The notes under the pieces are model-generated. The model was not told the origin of the DNA and ran no database searches. It saw only the letters and a program-made list of their open reading frames with translations. Both the position numbers and the translations under genes were made by a program. Positions 26,205 through 38,700 of a stretch of 64,000 nt of DNA are shown here, in pieces. The stretch's first letter is position 1; each line of letters begins with the position of its first letter. Source of the stretch: Eledone cirrhosa (lineage: Eukaryota); assembly GCA_964016885.1 (NCBI GenBank), contig OZ024740.1, positions 122,760,001 through 122,824,000 on the forward strand, given 5' to 3'.

Positions 26205-26756
26205 CAGGAGGACATGATATGAAGGCTAAAAAACACTTGTGGATAGTGCAGTTTTAAATCAACATATGAAAAGTAATTTTAGATTGATGTGTGATATTGG
26301 GAAAAATATTTTATTTAGAGAGGGGGGTGGAAAGGATGAAAAAGGGGAGGAGATGAGAGTGAAGGTGGAGAGGGAGAGATGGGTGATAGAGAGAAACAGA
26401 TAGTTTTTATAACTGAGAAAATATATATTGTTTTACATAGAAAGGTTGAAAACCGTTGGAAGATAATGTATAAATTAAAAGAATTTGAAAATTAACGAAG
26501 GGAAAAATATGTACGAAGAAGGAGAGGGAGTTAATATGTATTGAGATTAAAAAGTTTGATGATAGAGAGAAAAAAATAATAATTGCGGATGAATATTCTA
26601 CCGTCAAAAAAATTGTGTGTATGTTCATAAGTATTATGGAAATTTGAAAATTAACGAAGAGAAAAAAATTATTAAGGGAACTTCTATACCAAAGAACATA
26701 AATTCCTCGATCATCTATTTAATTCTAGAAGAAATCCTCCTTCGAACAAAAATCTA

Positions 26757-28925
26757 GTGCAATTCGAGGAAGAGTTAACTAAAATAATAAAAAATCTTAA
26801 ATTCAAGAGATACCCTTACAAAGGACAAGAGCACCTTGTAAATCTCAAGAACACAATTTCTAACCTAAATTCCTCAAAAAATGTTTTAGTCCACTTTGAC
26901 AAAACCAATAACTTATATGGTATTTCCAAGGATAATTATAACAACCTTATCCTAAAGGAACTTAGGAAAAAGTATCGTAAAACGAACCATGAAAATTTAG
27001 AATACATAAACCTTGAAGCCTCTGAGATTATGTCAAAACTTGGCATTGAAAAAAAGACAGAACCATTCCTCCCAAGAACTCCGAGGATAAATCTCAAGGA
27101 TCACACAATCAATTTTCGCACTGAACTACCTGTTATATTAATCGCCCCCTCTAAATCTGATCTGGGGGTTGTTAGTAAAGCCATCTTGGATAGAATTATC
27201 CCACAGGTTAGTTCTAATTGCTCTTCTTTGAACCTAAATGTATGGTTTGGTACTTCTGAAGTGATTGGCTGGTTCAACAAATTGGATAATAAAAACAAAC
27301 TAAAATTTATTCAATTTGATATTGCCAGCTACTATTCCTCCATTTCGCCTTCACTTCTCAATAATGCTCTATCTTTCGCACTTAAATATTCTGACATCAC
27401 CACAGATGAACTTCACATCATCCTCACCGCACGTAAAACCATCCTAGAGTTCAACAACGAATATTGGACCAGAGCCGATACCTCTAACAACTTCGACATC
27501 ACAATGGGAGCATCCGATTCATCCCAATTGACTGATTTAATTGGTATCTTTATTTTGAACTCTTTGAGTCGGAAAATTCCTCAACTTCGCGGTGGAATTT
27601 ATCGTGACGATGGACTCTTTACTATCTTAAATTGCAACATAGTTAACCTTAATATTATTAAGAACAATATACGTAATCTCTTTAACCAACATAACCTAAA
27701 AATTGAATTTGATAACAGTATCAAATTAGCTAATTTCTTGGATGTATCTCTTAATCTTGACACTGGCCTATATTACCCTTACCATAAAAACAATGAGAAC
27801 CTAAATTATGTTAACTTTAAATCTAACCATCCTACCAATATCAAGAATGCTATAGTTAGTAATATTGGAAAAAGAATATCTAACATATCTTCTAATAAAA
27901 ACATCTTTGATGCTAACGCCAATTACTATAATAACGCACTTTCTAAAGCCGGCTATCCTGATAAAATCAAATATAGTAAAGAAACAAATTCTAGAAAAAC
28001 TTACAGAAGAATAATTAATCATGATCATTCCAATAACTTTAATAAAAGACCTAGATACAAAAACATAATCTGGTATAATGCTCCTTTCTCCATCTCTATT
28101 AATAACAATATTCCTAAATTATTCTTTAGTGCCTTAAATAAATGCTTCCCTCCCTCACATATCTATAGTAAAATATTTAGCAAACACACTATAAAATTTT
28201 CTTATTCTACATCCTCCAATATTTCCAACATTATCTCTAAACACAACAATAAAATACTAAATACTAAATCTCTTCCTTCCAACACTGAATTTCATAATAA
28301 CAGTAATAGTCCTCCCAACGTCATTGTAAACCCTAGGCTAATTTCTGTAAACCCAAATACAACGTCAAACACAACTTCGCTAAATGTTCATAATCCAACT
28401 CTAAATCAAGAAACTATTATTCCTATCGCAAACAACTTCTCCAATCCAATTCCTTCTATAGATAACACTAGCTCACTCATTAATAATCTCTCTAATTGCA
28501 ACTGCCGCATTAAAAATAAATGTCCTCTCAACAACCATTGTCTTGATAAAAACTTAATTTATGAATGTAAAGTTATAACTAGCACCAATTCCTTCACCTA
28601 TTTTGGCTCCACTTCCACCTCTTTTAAAGCTCCTCTCTATAATCACCATTCATCTTTTAAATACAAACTTAAAAGAACCAACACGGCTCTCTCAGAACTC
28701 ATATGGTCCTTGAAAGACAAAAACATTAAATATACCATCTTTTGGAAGAAGGTTTCTTCTGCGTCTACATACTTGAACAGCTCTCTATCTAAAATCTGTA
28801 ATATCTGCCTAAATGAAAAATTTACCATTATCTCTAATCTAGATTCTATAATAAATAGACGTACAGATTTGTTTTCTATCTGCTTGCATAAATTCCATAG
28901 GACTTTTCACAAAGTATACAGCTAA
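26757..28925 (+). CDS. Penelope-like reverse transcriptase plus C-terminal GIY-YIG endonuclease (Naiad-like); frame open from the 26676 junction, 5'-truncated
   Basis: DKTNNLY, FIQFDIASYYSSI, FDITMGASDS, GGIYRDDGL, NFLDVSL, SNHP, IIWYNAPFS, linker CNCR....CPL...CL, LIY..YFGST, CNICLNEK, CLH. Clade assignment is from motif recall. Confidence 0.9.
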   Translation: MQFEEELTKIIKNLKFKRYPYKGQEHLVNLKNTISNLNSSKNVLVHFDKTNNLYGISKDNYNNLILKELRKKYRKTNHENLEYINLEASEIMSKLGIEKKTEPFLPRTPRINLKDHTINFRTELPVILIAPSKSDLGVVSKAILDRIIPQVSSNCSSLNLNVWFGTSEVIGWFNKLDNKNKLKFIQFDIASYYSSISPSLLNNALSFALKYSDITTDELHIILTARKTILEFNNEYWTRADTSNNFDITMGASDSSQLTDLIGIFILNSLSRKIPQLRGGIYRDDGLFTILNCNIVNLNIIKNNIRNLFNQHNLKIEFDNSIKLANFLDVSLNLDTGLYYPYHKNNENLNYVNFKSNHPTNIKNAIVSNIGKRISNISSNKNIFDANANYYNNALSKAGYPDKIKYSKETNSRKTYRRIINHDHSNNFNKRPRYKNIIWYNAPFSISINNNIPKLFFSALNKCFPPSHIYSKIFSKHTIKFSYSTSSNISNIISKHNNKILNTKSLPSNTEFHNNSNSPPNVIVNPRLISVNPNTTSNTTSLNVHNPTLNQETIIPIANNFSNPIPSIDNTSSLINNLSNCNCRIKNKCPLNNHCLDKNLIYECKVITSTNSFTYFGSTSTSFKAPLYNHHSSFKYKLKRTNTALSELIWSLKDKNIKYTIFWKKVSSASTYLNSSLSKICNICLNEKFTIISNLDSIINRRTDLFSICLHKFHRTFHKVYS

Positions 28926-29852
28926 TATTCAATTCTTTATCAATTTAGAATCTTTTCTCAAAGGCACATATACATACACGTCTTTTAAAATATACCCATC
29001 TTCCTACCTTACTTCAAAGGGTATTATACACTCTATAATACTTGTTTATTCATTACCCTCACTCTATCTTCACCTTGTAAAATCCTTCGTAACATATACA
29101 TTTGTTTTTTGACGCTAGATTATTCATCCTTAATTTATTATTTTTTTCTCCCCATCATCTAACTCATTCTTAATACATATTAACTCTTTCTTCGCACATA
29201 TTATCAATTCCTTCAATATACAAACCTTAACTTCACATTATTTTTCTCAAATCCTTCAATACACAAACCTTAATAATTTTTTAATACATATTAACTCTTT
29301 CTTCGCACATATTATCAATTCCTTCAATATACAAACCTTAAATTCACATTATTTTTCTCAAATCCTTCAATACAAAAACCTTAATAATTTTTTTCTCTTC
29401 GTTAATTTTCAAATTTCCATAATACTTGTAAACATACACACAATTTTTTTGACGTTAGAATATTCATCCGCAATTATTATTTTTTTCTCTCTATCATCAA
29501 ACTTTTTAATCTCAATACATATTAACTCCCTCTCCTTCTTCGTACATATTTTTCCCTTCGTTAATTTTCAAATTCTTTTAATTTATCCATTATCTTCCAA
29601 CGGTTTTCAACCTCTCTACATAAAACAATATATCTTTTCTCAGTTATAAAAACTATCTCTTTCTCTCTATCACCCATCTCTCCCTCTCCACCTTCACTTT
29701 CATCTCCTCCCCTTTTTTCATCCTTTCCACCCCCCTCTCTAAATAAAATATTTTTCCCAATATCACACATCAATCTAAAATTACTTTTCATATGTTGATT
29801 TAAAACTGCACTATCCACAAGTGTTTTTTAGCCTTCATATCATGTCCTCCTG

Positions 29853-29919
29853 TTTTATCTGATGAAAACACAAATATTATTGCATGATGATGTTTGTTTT
29901 TGAAATGCGCATAATAAAA
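29853..29919 (+). ncRNA. Type I hammerhead ribozyme (3' pLTR of B, sense to the ORF)
   Basis: Stem I UUUUAU/AUAAAA; core CUGAUGA at 29859-29865; about 16-bp stem II AAACACAAAUAUUAUU/GAUGAUGUUUGUUUUU with one mismatch; GAAA; palindromic stem III AUGCGCAU; predicted cleavage after A29913. Confidence 0.85.
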
Positions 29920-29951
29920 TACATGGAACTCCTTTAACCATCTTTTGATCT

Positions 29952-29990
<39 letters not shown>

Positions 29991-30500
29991 GCTTTGAGAA
30001 AAGGATTCTGAATTGATAAAGTTTAGGATATTAGCTGTATACTTTATGGAAAGTTCTGTGGAATTTATGCAAGCAGATAGAAAACAAGTCAGTGCGTCTA
30101 TTTATTATAGAATCTAAATTAGATATAATGGTAAATTTTTCATTCAGACAGAGATTGCAAGTCTTGGATAGAGAACTGTTCAAGTATGTAGAAGCAGAGG
30201 AAACCTTTTTCCAAGAGATGTTATATTTAATATTTTTGTCTTTCAAGGACCATATGAGTTCTGACAGAGCCGTGTTGGTTCTTTTAAGTTTATATTTAAA
30301 AGACGAATGATGATTATAAAGACAAGCTTTAAAGGAGGTGGAAGTGGAGCCAAAATAGGTGAAGGAATTGGTGTCAGTTATAACTTTACATTCGTAAATT
30401 AAGTTTTTATCAAGACAATGGTTGTTGAGAGGACATTTATTTTTAGCAGGGCAATTGCAATTGCGATTAGAGAGATTATTAACGAGTGACCTAGTGTTAT

Positions 30501-31942
30501 CCGAGGATAAATCTCAAGGATCACAAAATCAATTTTCGCACTGAACTACCTGTTAGATTAATCGCCTCCTCTAAATCAGATATGGAGGTTGTTAGTAAAG
30601 CCATCTTGGATAGAATTATCCCACAGGTTCGTTCTAATTGCTCTTCTTTGAACTTAAATTTATGGTTTGGTACTTCTGAAGTGATTGACTGGTTCAACAA
30701 ATTGAATAATAAAAACAAACTAAAATTTGTTCAATTTGATATTGTCAGCTACTTCTATTTCGCCTTCACTTCTCAACAATGCTCTATCTTTCGCATTTAA
30801 ATATTCTGACATTACCACAGATGAACTTCACATCATTCTCACCGCACGTAAAACCATCCTAGAGTTCAACAATGAATATTGGACCAGAGCTGATACCTCT
30901 AACAACTTCGACATCACAATGGGAGCATCCGATTCATCCCAATTGACAGATTTAATTGGTATCTTTATTTTGAACTCTTTGAGTCGGAAAATTCCTCAAC
31001 TTCGCGGTGGAATTTATCGTGACGATGGACTCTTTACTATCTTAAATTGCAACATAGTTAACCTTAATATTATTAAGAACAATATACGTAATCTCTTTAA
31101 CCAACATAACCTAAAAATTGAATTTGATAACAGCATCAAACTAGCTAATTTCTTGGATGTATCTCTTAATCTTGACACTGGCCTATATTACCCTTACCAT
31201 AAAAACAATGAGAACCTAAATTATGTTAATTTTAAATCTAACCACCCTACTAATATTAAGAATGCTATAGTTAGTAATATTGGAAAAAGAATATCTAACC
31301 TATCTTCTAATAAAAACATCTTCAATGCTAACGCCAATTACTATAATAACGCGCTTTCTAAAGCCGGCTATCCTGATAAAATCAAATATAATAAAGAAAC
31401 AAATTCTAGAAAATCTTACAATAGAATAATTAATCATGATCATTCCAATAACTTTAATAAAAGACCTAGATACAAAAACATAATCTGGTATAATGCTCCT
31501 TTCTCCATCTCTATTAATAATAATATTACTAAATTATTCTTTAGTGCCTTAAATAAATGCTTCCCTCCCTCACATATCTATAGTAAAATATTTAACAAAC
31601 ACACTATAAAATTTTCCTATTCGACATCCTCCAGCATTTCCAACATTATCTCTAAACACAACAATAAAATACTAAATACTAAATCTCTTCCTTCCAACAC
31701 TGAATATCATAATAATAGTAATAGTACTCCCGACGTCATTGTAAACCCTAGGCTAATTTCTGCAAACCCAAATACAACGTCAAACACAACTTCGCTAAAT
31801 GTTCTTAATCCCATTCTAAATCAAGAAACTATTATTCCTATCGCAAATAACTTCTCCAATCCAATTCCTTCTATAGATAACACTAGGTCACTCGTTAATA
31901 ATCTCTCTAATCGCAATTGCAATTGCCCTGCTAAAAATAAAT
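30501..31942 (+). pseudogene. PLE A RT segment with frameshift and EN deletion
   Basis: ORFs 30582-30800 and 30727-32091 match B (IYRDDGL); after CNCPAKNK the sequence jumps into the 3' UTR. Confidence 0.85.
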
Positions 31943-32238
31943 ACTTACATTACTTCTGTTTTTTTAATAATACATATCAACATTTTCTTTCCATCGCACA
32001 TATTATTAAACCCTTAAAATTATTCTTAATACATATTAACAATTTCTTTTCATCGCACATATTATTAAACCCTTCAATATACAAACCTTAACTTTACATT
32101 ATTTTCCTCTTCGTTAATTTTCAAATTCTTTTAACTTATACATTATCTTCCAACGGTTTTTCAACCTCTCTATGTAAAACAATATATTTTTCTCGGTTAT
32201 AAAAGCTATCTCTCTCTCTCTATCAGCCATCTCTTAAT

Positions 32239-32269
<31 letters not shown>

Positions 32270-32277
32270 GTATAATG

Positions 32278-32324
<47 letters not shown>

Positions 32325-32325
<1 letters not shown>

Positions 32326-32600
32326 CACCCCAATTCACTACCCCTACCATATTCTCCCACTCTCACTAAGACCACTCTCTATCTCAGTAAAGTTGGTACC
32401 ATAGCATCCAGTCCAAATAAATGAAATAATGAGATCGAGATTGTGTAGGTGTCACAACAAACAAAACTCACAGTCCACGCTGTAATGTGGCCGTGTAGGT
32501 AACACGGTAAAAAGTTCCCAGTTCCACACTGTAAATGTAGTTGGTGTTAGGAAGGGCATCCAGCCGTAGAAAACCTGCCATATAGTCCTATATGAGCGAG

Positions 32601-32623
<23 letters not shown>
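32325..32623 (+). mobile_element. RTE 3' UTR fragment, tail-to-tail with the adjacent RTE
   Basis: Reverse complement of about 32745-32980. Confidence 0.8.
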
Positions 32624-32647
<24 letters not shown>

Positions 32648-32650
<3 letters not shown>

Positions 32651-35600
32651 TCATCATCATCATCATCTTTGTTCAACGTCCATTTTCCACGCTAGTATGG
32701 GTTAGATAGGAGTTGTCCCACTTGAGGCAAGGCTGGTCGGGTGACCGTGTCTCGCTCTTATAGGACTATCTGGCAGGTTTTCTACGGCTGGATGCCCTTC
32801 CTAACACCAACCACATTTACAGTGTGGAACTGAGAACTTTTTACCGTGTTACCTACACGGCCACATTACAGCGTGGACTGTGTGTTTTTTGTCGTGACAC
32901 CTACACGATCTCGATCTCATTTTCTCGTGCTATTGGTGGGAGTGGGAGGATAGGGTAGGGGTAGTGGATTGGGGTGTATATTTGGTTAAGAGGTGCCTAC
33001 TGACTGTAGGTTTCGCTTTGTACATAGGCAAGGCGGGGGATCTGTATTACTGCGTAGCGCCAAAGATCTCGGTCCAGACACATTGTCTTAGAGAGATGTA
33101 AGTGTGTGATGTCGGAATTTGTCAGATAATACCAGGTTTTTCTGGGTCTACCTACTCCGTAACTACCATCAATTTTGTTCGCCCTGCACTTTTTTATGCA
33201 GCCGTTGTCTTTCATGCGCACCGTTGTCTTTCAAGCGCATCACGTGACCATACCAACGTAGACTTTTCTCAAGTAAACAGCATCTGATCCCTCTTATTTT
33301 TAATTTCTCACTTAGTTCATTTATGCTTTGCCGTTCACGTATATTACTATTACACATCCAACGGAGCATGCATGCTTCGTTTCTTTCCAGTCTACGGAGG
33401 TCCTCTGCACGTAATGCCCATGTCTCACTGCCATGTAGCATTGCCGTTCGTATACAAGCATCATACAATCTGCCTTTCATTTTTAGAGAGAAGCCTTTTT
33501 GTGGCCAACAGCGGTATAAGCTCTCTGAACTTTGTCCATCCCATTCTGACTCTGGCTACTGTACTTTCAGAACACCATCCACCACTGCTGATTTTGTCAC
33601 CCAGCTAACGGAAAGTGTCTGCTATTTCTAAAGAACCATCTGGGCAATAGAAGGAGCTAGTATCCTTTGGACACTGTTACTTATTGCACCTGAACATTGG
33701 CCACATATAAAGTCTACGTTCTTAGATAGTTTACCTGTGATCCCACTACATCTTTTATGTACCTATACTTTGCATTTGGGACATAAAATGGAATTTCTGC
33801 CTACTCCTTTCCTACACACTAAGCATGGCCATTTCCCTGAGGGAATCTGTGCCCTATTTTCCTTTCTGAAAACTATAACTTTAGTCTTAGACAAGTTAAC
33901 TTTAAGGCCTTTTGATTGTAGGCCATGCTTCCATATTTCGAATTTCTTCTCTAGTTCAGCCATTGATTCAGCTATGAGCGTTAGATCATCTGCATATAGG
34001 AGTTCCCATGGGCAGCCGGACTTGAACTCCTCTGTTCTAGCCTGAAGGGCAATAATAAATAATAGGGGGCTAAGGACAGAGCCTTGATGAACGCCAACTT
34101 TTACACTAAATTCTTCACAATATTCATTGTTAATTCTAAACTTACTGACTGTTTCATTATACATAGCTTGTATAGCTCTCACAAGCCGTTCATCTACACC
34201 TAGTTTTCTAAGAGCCCACCAGATAATGGAGCGAGGGACTCTGTCAAAAGCTTTCCCCAGGTCTACAAAAGCTAAGTAGAGGGGTTTACTTTTAGCTAGG
34301 TACTTCTCTTGTAGTTGTCGTACAAGGAAAAGAGCGTCTGTGGTACTTTTACCTGACACAAACCCAAACTGCATTTCTTCTAGATAAATTCGCTCTCTAA
34401 TTAGTTGCGCTATAACTCTATCTGTGACCTCCATGACCTGGTCAACTAACTTTATGCCTCTATAGTTTCCCCTATCTAGAGCATCCCTTTACCCTTGTAG
34501 CAGTTAATGATGATGCTGCTACGCCAGTATTTCGGTATGATCCCATTCTGTATTACTTGGTTAATTATACGGGTGCCCATAGTGTGTCCCACCATACCTG
34601 ATGCCTTCAACATCTCAGCAACTATTTCTGAAGGTCCAGCCGCCTTGCCTGTCTTCATATCTTTGATTGCCTTACTTATTATACTACCTTTAACTTGCAC
34701 CGCTGGTCCTTCTATTGGATCGATTTGGGGCAGACTATCTTTTCCCCCATTTATTCTCCTCATTTAATAGTCTCTCGAAGTGACACTTCCAGGCTATCTT
34801 CTTATCAGTATCAGTGAGCGCAAGTATACCATTATCATTACGGACACATTTCTCCCCGACAATATCACGGTTTTCCTTGACACATTGCCTAGCAATCCTG
34901 AACATCTCGCGTTTTTGGTCCTCACGTTGTAGAACATGCTTGAACTTTCTATCCTCTGCTACACTTTTTGCAAGGTACACTTGTCTCCTAGCTCCTCTCC
35001 TGGCCACTTGATAGTGCTCTCTACTTCCCCCATCCTGTCATACTTTCCAAGCCTGCTTTTTGGCCTTGATTGTCTCTTCCACCTTACTGTTCCACCACCA
35101 AGTTACTCTCCTCCTGCCAATAGGTCTGCTCCAGCCTCAGATTTCATCCGTTGCTTTCAGCAGGTTCACTTTCAATAATTGCCACTGTTCCTCTATATTG
35201 CACGTCTCTAATTGCTCTTCCTTATTGTCAAAGGCATCAAGTAATAAGCTTTTAAATTTGACACTGTCTATGGGGTCCTTCAACTTCCATATTCTTCTCC
35301 TCTAAGGTAGGCCTCCTCTGTCGTCGAATACGTCTATTCCTGACTATGAGATCACTAACTACTAGGCTATGTTGGGTGGTGCATTCTTCATGGGGGAGGG
35401 ATTTAGTGTTTACAACAGAAATTTTGTCCCGTCTTCTAGTAAGGATATAATCTATCTGGGTGGCGTGTTCCCCTGATCTATAGGTGAGCAAGTGGTTTTC
35501 ACGTTTTTTGAAGTTTATGTTACAGATAGTTAGGCTATTTGCGTCACAGAATTCCAGTTTTCTGAAGCCCTACTCATTTCTATTTCCAACCCATAGCCTC

Positions 35601-36906
35601 CATGGATTCCATCATAGCCATCACTATGTTGTCCAACGTGACCGATTAGACCGCCAGCAATAATTAAGAAGTCACTGTCGGTTATTTGGGAGGTAGTGTG
35701 CATTAGCATCTCATAGAACCTGTCCTTTATAACATCAGGTAGACCAGATTGGGGTGCATAAGCAGATATTATTGTCACAGTAGTTCTATTTAGAACTAGT
35801 CTTAATTCAATTATTCTGCCATTCACTCTATTTACGTCAATTACCTTATCTACCCATTTTTCAGCTAACATAATTCCTACACCACCCTGTCCGTTGTCAT
35901 TTCCCACCCAGAAAAGTTCATAGCATCGTTTTTTACCTACGATGAATCTGGCAGACCCCCCCCCCCTCCACCTAGTCTCTTGAATACAACAAACATCAAC
36001 TTCTTTACGTTCAAGCATCTCTACAACCTCATTTGAGCGACCTTTCAATGTGCCCACGTTCATGGTACCAACTCTAAAGTTGGGAGGGTGGGATGGATGG
36101 GTTTGAGGGGCAGGGAGGGGTGTGGGAGACGGGATTTTGTTGGTCATCTGTGTCTGAAATAATGAGGGGTCCTTGTATTCTCGTCTTGCAGCAGGAGGTG
36201 AATTTATCTTTATCTGTGACATTGTCATTGAGTGCTTAGACTTTTCAAATTTCCGCAGTCAACCCATCAAACAGGTCTAAACTTAAAGAGTAGTAACTGG
36301 GGTGGTAGCTTTGCTATACTTATTTTGTTTGAGAACTTACTAAAGACGCTGAGTTATGATTGGACCATATAGCAATGGTGGTGTTTGTAAATGGGTGACT
36401 TTAGGAGAAGTTTAGTTTTTAGGAAAGATCCAACAGATTTAGACATATTAAAAAAACATAATAATTTAAAATCAGAGAGGAAAAACGGAGAATTTGAATT
36501 TTAGAGTGGTAAATAAGATTATAAAAACACTGCTTAATTGAGGAGACTACGGAAATAAAGAAAGGACAGGTTTTGCTTACATTCTCAAAATCGACAGTTC
36601 GCCCTTAAGATAGATTAGATAGACAAGTTCTGTCGTTGGAAGCCAGCAAGATTTATTTTATAATTGCGATCAGGCGGGGGGGGGGGGGGGCAAAGTGTTT
36701 ACAAAGTTTGCGAGTGAGATGCAGGAAGGTTCTAGAAAAATTATGGATGATTTTAGGAGAAGTTTAGTTTTTAGGAAAGATCCAACAGATTTAGACATAT
36801 TAAAAAAACATAATTTAAAATCAGAGAAGAAAAACGGAGAATTTGAATTTTAGAGTGGTAAATAAGGTTATAAAAACACTGTTTAATTGAGGAGACTACG
36901 GAAATA
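32648..36906 (-). mobile_element. Near full-length RTE-clade LINE (APE endonuclease, RT, PHD-like finger), decayed
   Basis: APE: TMNVGTL, CCIQETRW, ISAYAPQ, TQIDYIL; RT: QFGF, FVDLGKAFDRV, GVHQGSVLSPLLF, LLYADDL; C-terminal HGSETW, LRWYGHV; (GAT)n tail at 32648-32667; many stops and frameshifts. Confidence 0.92.
36391..36906 (-). repeat. Direct repeat of about 165 bp (36391-36557 and 36743-36906) at the RTE 5' end
   Basis: TTAGGAGAAGTTTAGTTTTTAGGAAAGATCC...GAGGAGACTACGGAAATA occurs twice with few differences. Confidence 0.9.
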
Positions 36907-36945
36907 TGTATATATATACACGATAACATGTTATCGTTATGGCAG

Positions 36946-36993
<48 letters not shown>

Positions 36994-37653
36994 AGTTGTG
37001 GGGGCTATTCTGCATGAAGAACTCAATGTAATCCATATGTTGAAAATGTTGTAGGTTAAGATAAATCCCGATAAAACATTAAAAGGAAAACCGAGTCATG
37101 ATATAAGTTAAAACAATGAAATAAAAAATCAAGTCATTAGAGATATACTTCACTGCTTTACGATCGTTTCTAGATGATGAAAATACATTGTAGCTATACT
37201 TCGTTATTGATCTATGTAAGGTTAGTTACAAAATATCAAATAAAGAGTATATTTACTTACATGCATATCACCAGCTGTTTTCAAAAGCAATAATAATGTT
37301 ATTCAAAATTAGTAGTATGTTAGTATCTTGTCCTTATTTGGAGGTAGTTGAAGAACTAACCAATCAAATTGTTTTTTTCATATGATGTTAAAATGAAAAG
37401 TAATTCACTTTAGTTGAGGTCATGACCTTTTGAAAGGAATGGTTGAATGGTGTTAATAATAGAATTGCTATAAAAAATCTATTAGGAGGAAAGGGATTGA
37501 CGAATTGATAGTTGAATGTATCTGGTATAGTGAAGTTTAAAAGGAATGTAAAAATAAATGATGATTAGTGTTGTATGGAGTTTTTAGGTGAATATAAATT
37601 AAGGTCATGGATAGGAAAAATAGTATATTAAAAGATGAAAATAATAATAAGAT

Positions 37654-37843
37654 AATTGTTTCTACTATTGGCACAAGGCCAGCAAATACCCAGTACATTA
37701 CTGGTACTTTATTTTATCGACCCCGTCAGGATGAAAGGCAAAGTTAACCTCGGCGGGATTTGAACTCAGAATGGCAAGGGCCGTAACTCTATGCGTCAAA
37801 GCATGGCGTCCGACCCTCTACCGATACTGCCAATTCACCGCCA
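37654..37843 (-). mobile_element. Full-length SINE family 1
   Basis: 5' GGCGGTGAATTGGCAGTATCGG (A box), GAGTTCAAATCCC (B box), central GCCTTTCATCCTGACGGGGTCGATAAAATAAAGTACCAG, ATT-rich tail. Confidence 0.85.
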
Positions 37844-38099
37844 TTATAATAAGATAATGAAATACAGAAATGCAATAATATAATATAACCAACACAATAT
37901 AGAACGGTGTGGTAAATTGCACTTAGTATAATACAGCGTATGATACTCTCTAAAATACTATCAAGTATGTTTATGTATAAATAATCAAACTCAGACAAAT
38001 ACATGTTGACATAGTCAAAACGCATAAATTTCATAGATCACAAAGTGCATATATCCACATTATATATAGAGAGGTATAGTTACATTAATACTCAACCAA

Positions 38100-38700
<601 letters not shown>

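Larger units (their letters stand above)
26011..29960 (+). mobile_element. PLE copy B (Naiad-like): inverted 5' pLTR (26011-26675), ORF, 3' UTR/pLTR
   Basis: About 26095-26675 is the reverse complement of about 29380-29960; 26011-26094 is an extra tail; flanked by (TA)n/(TG)n; typical Penelope inverted-pLTR truncation structure. Confidence 0.9.
24901..32235. mobile_element. PLE copy A (Naiad-like): long inverted 3' segment (24901-25957 plus 29985-30500, minus) joined to a direct RT segment (30501-32235, plus) lacking the EN; interrupted by copy B
   Basis: 30501-31940 is highly similar to 27081-28520; 29985-30500 is the reverse complement of about 28465-28970; 24901-25957 is an inverted variant of the 3' UTR/pLTR. 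Confidence 0.8.

Noticed and set aside
37150-37282. Minus-strand CUGGUGA...GAAACGAUCGUA at the expected pLTR position
   Set aside because: Core mismatch and no stem I complementarity; at best a decayed remnant.
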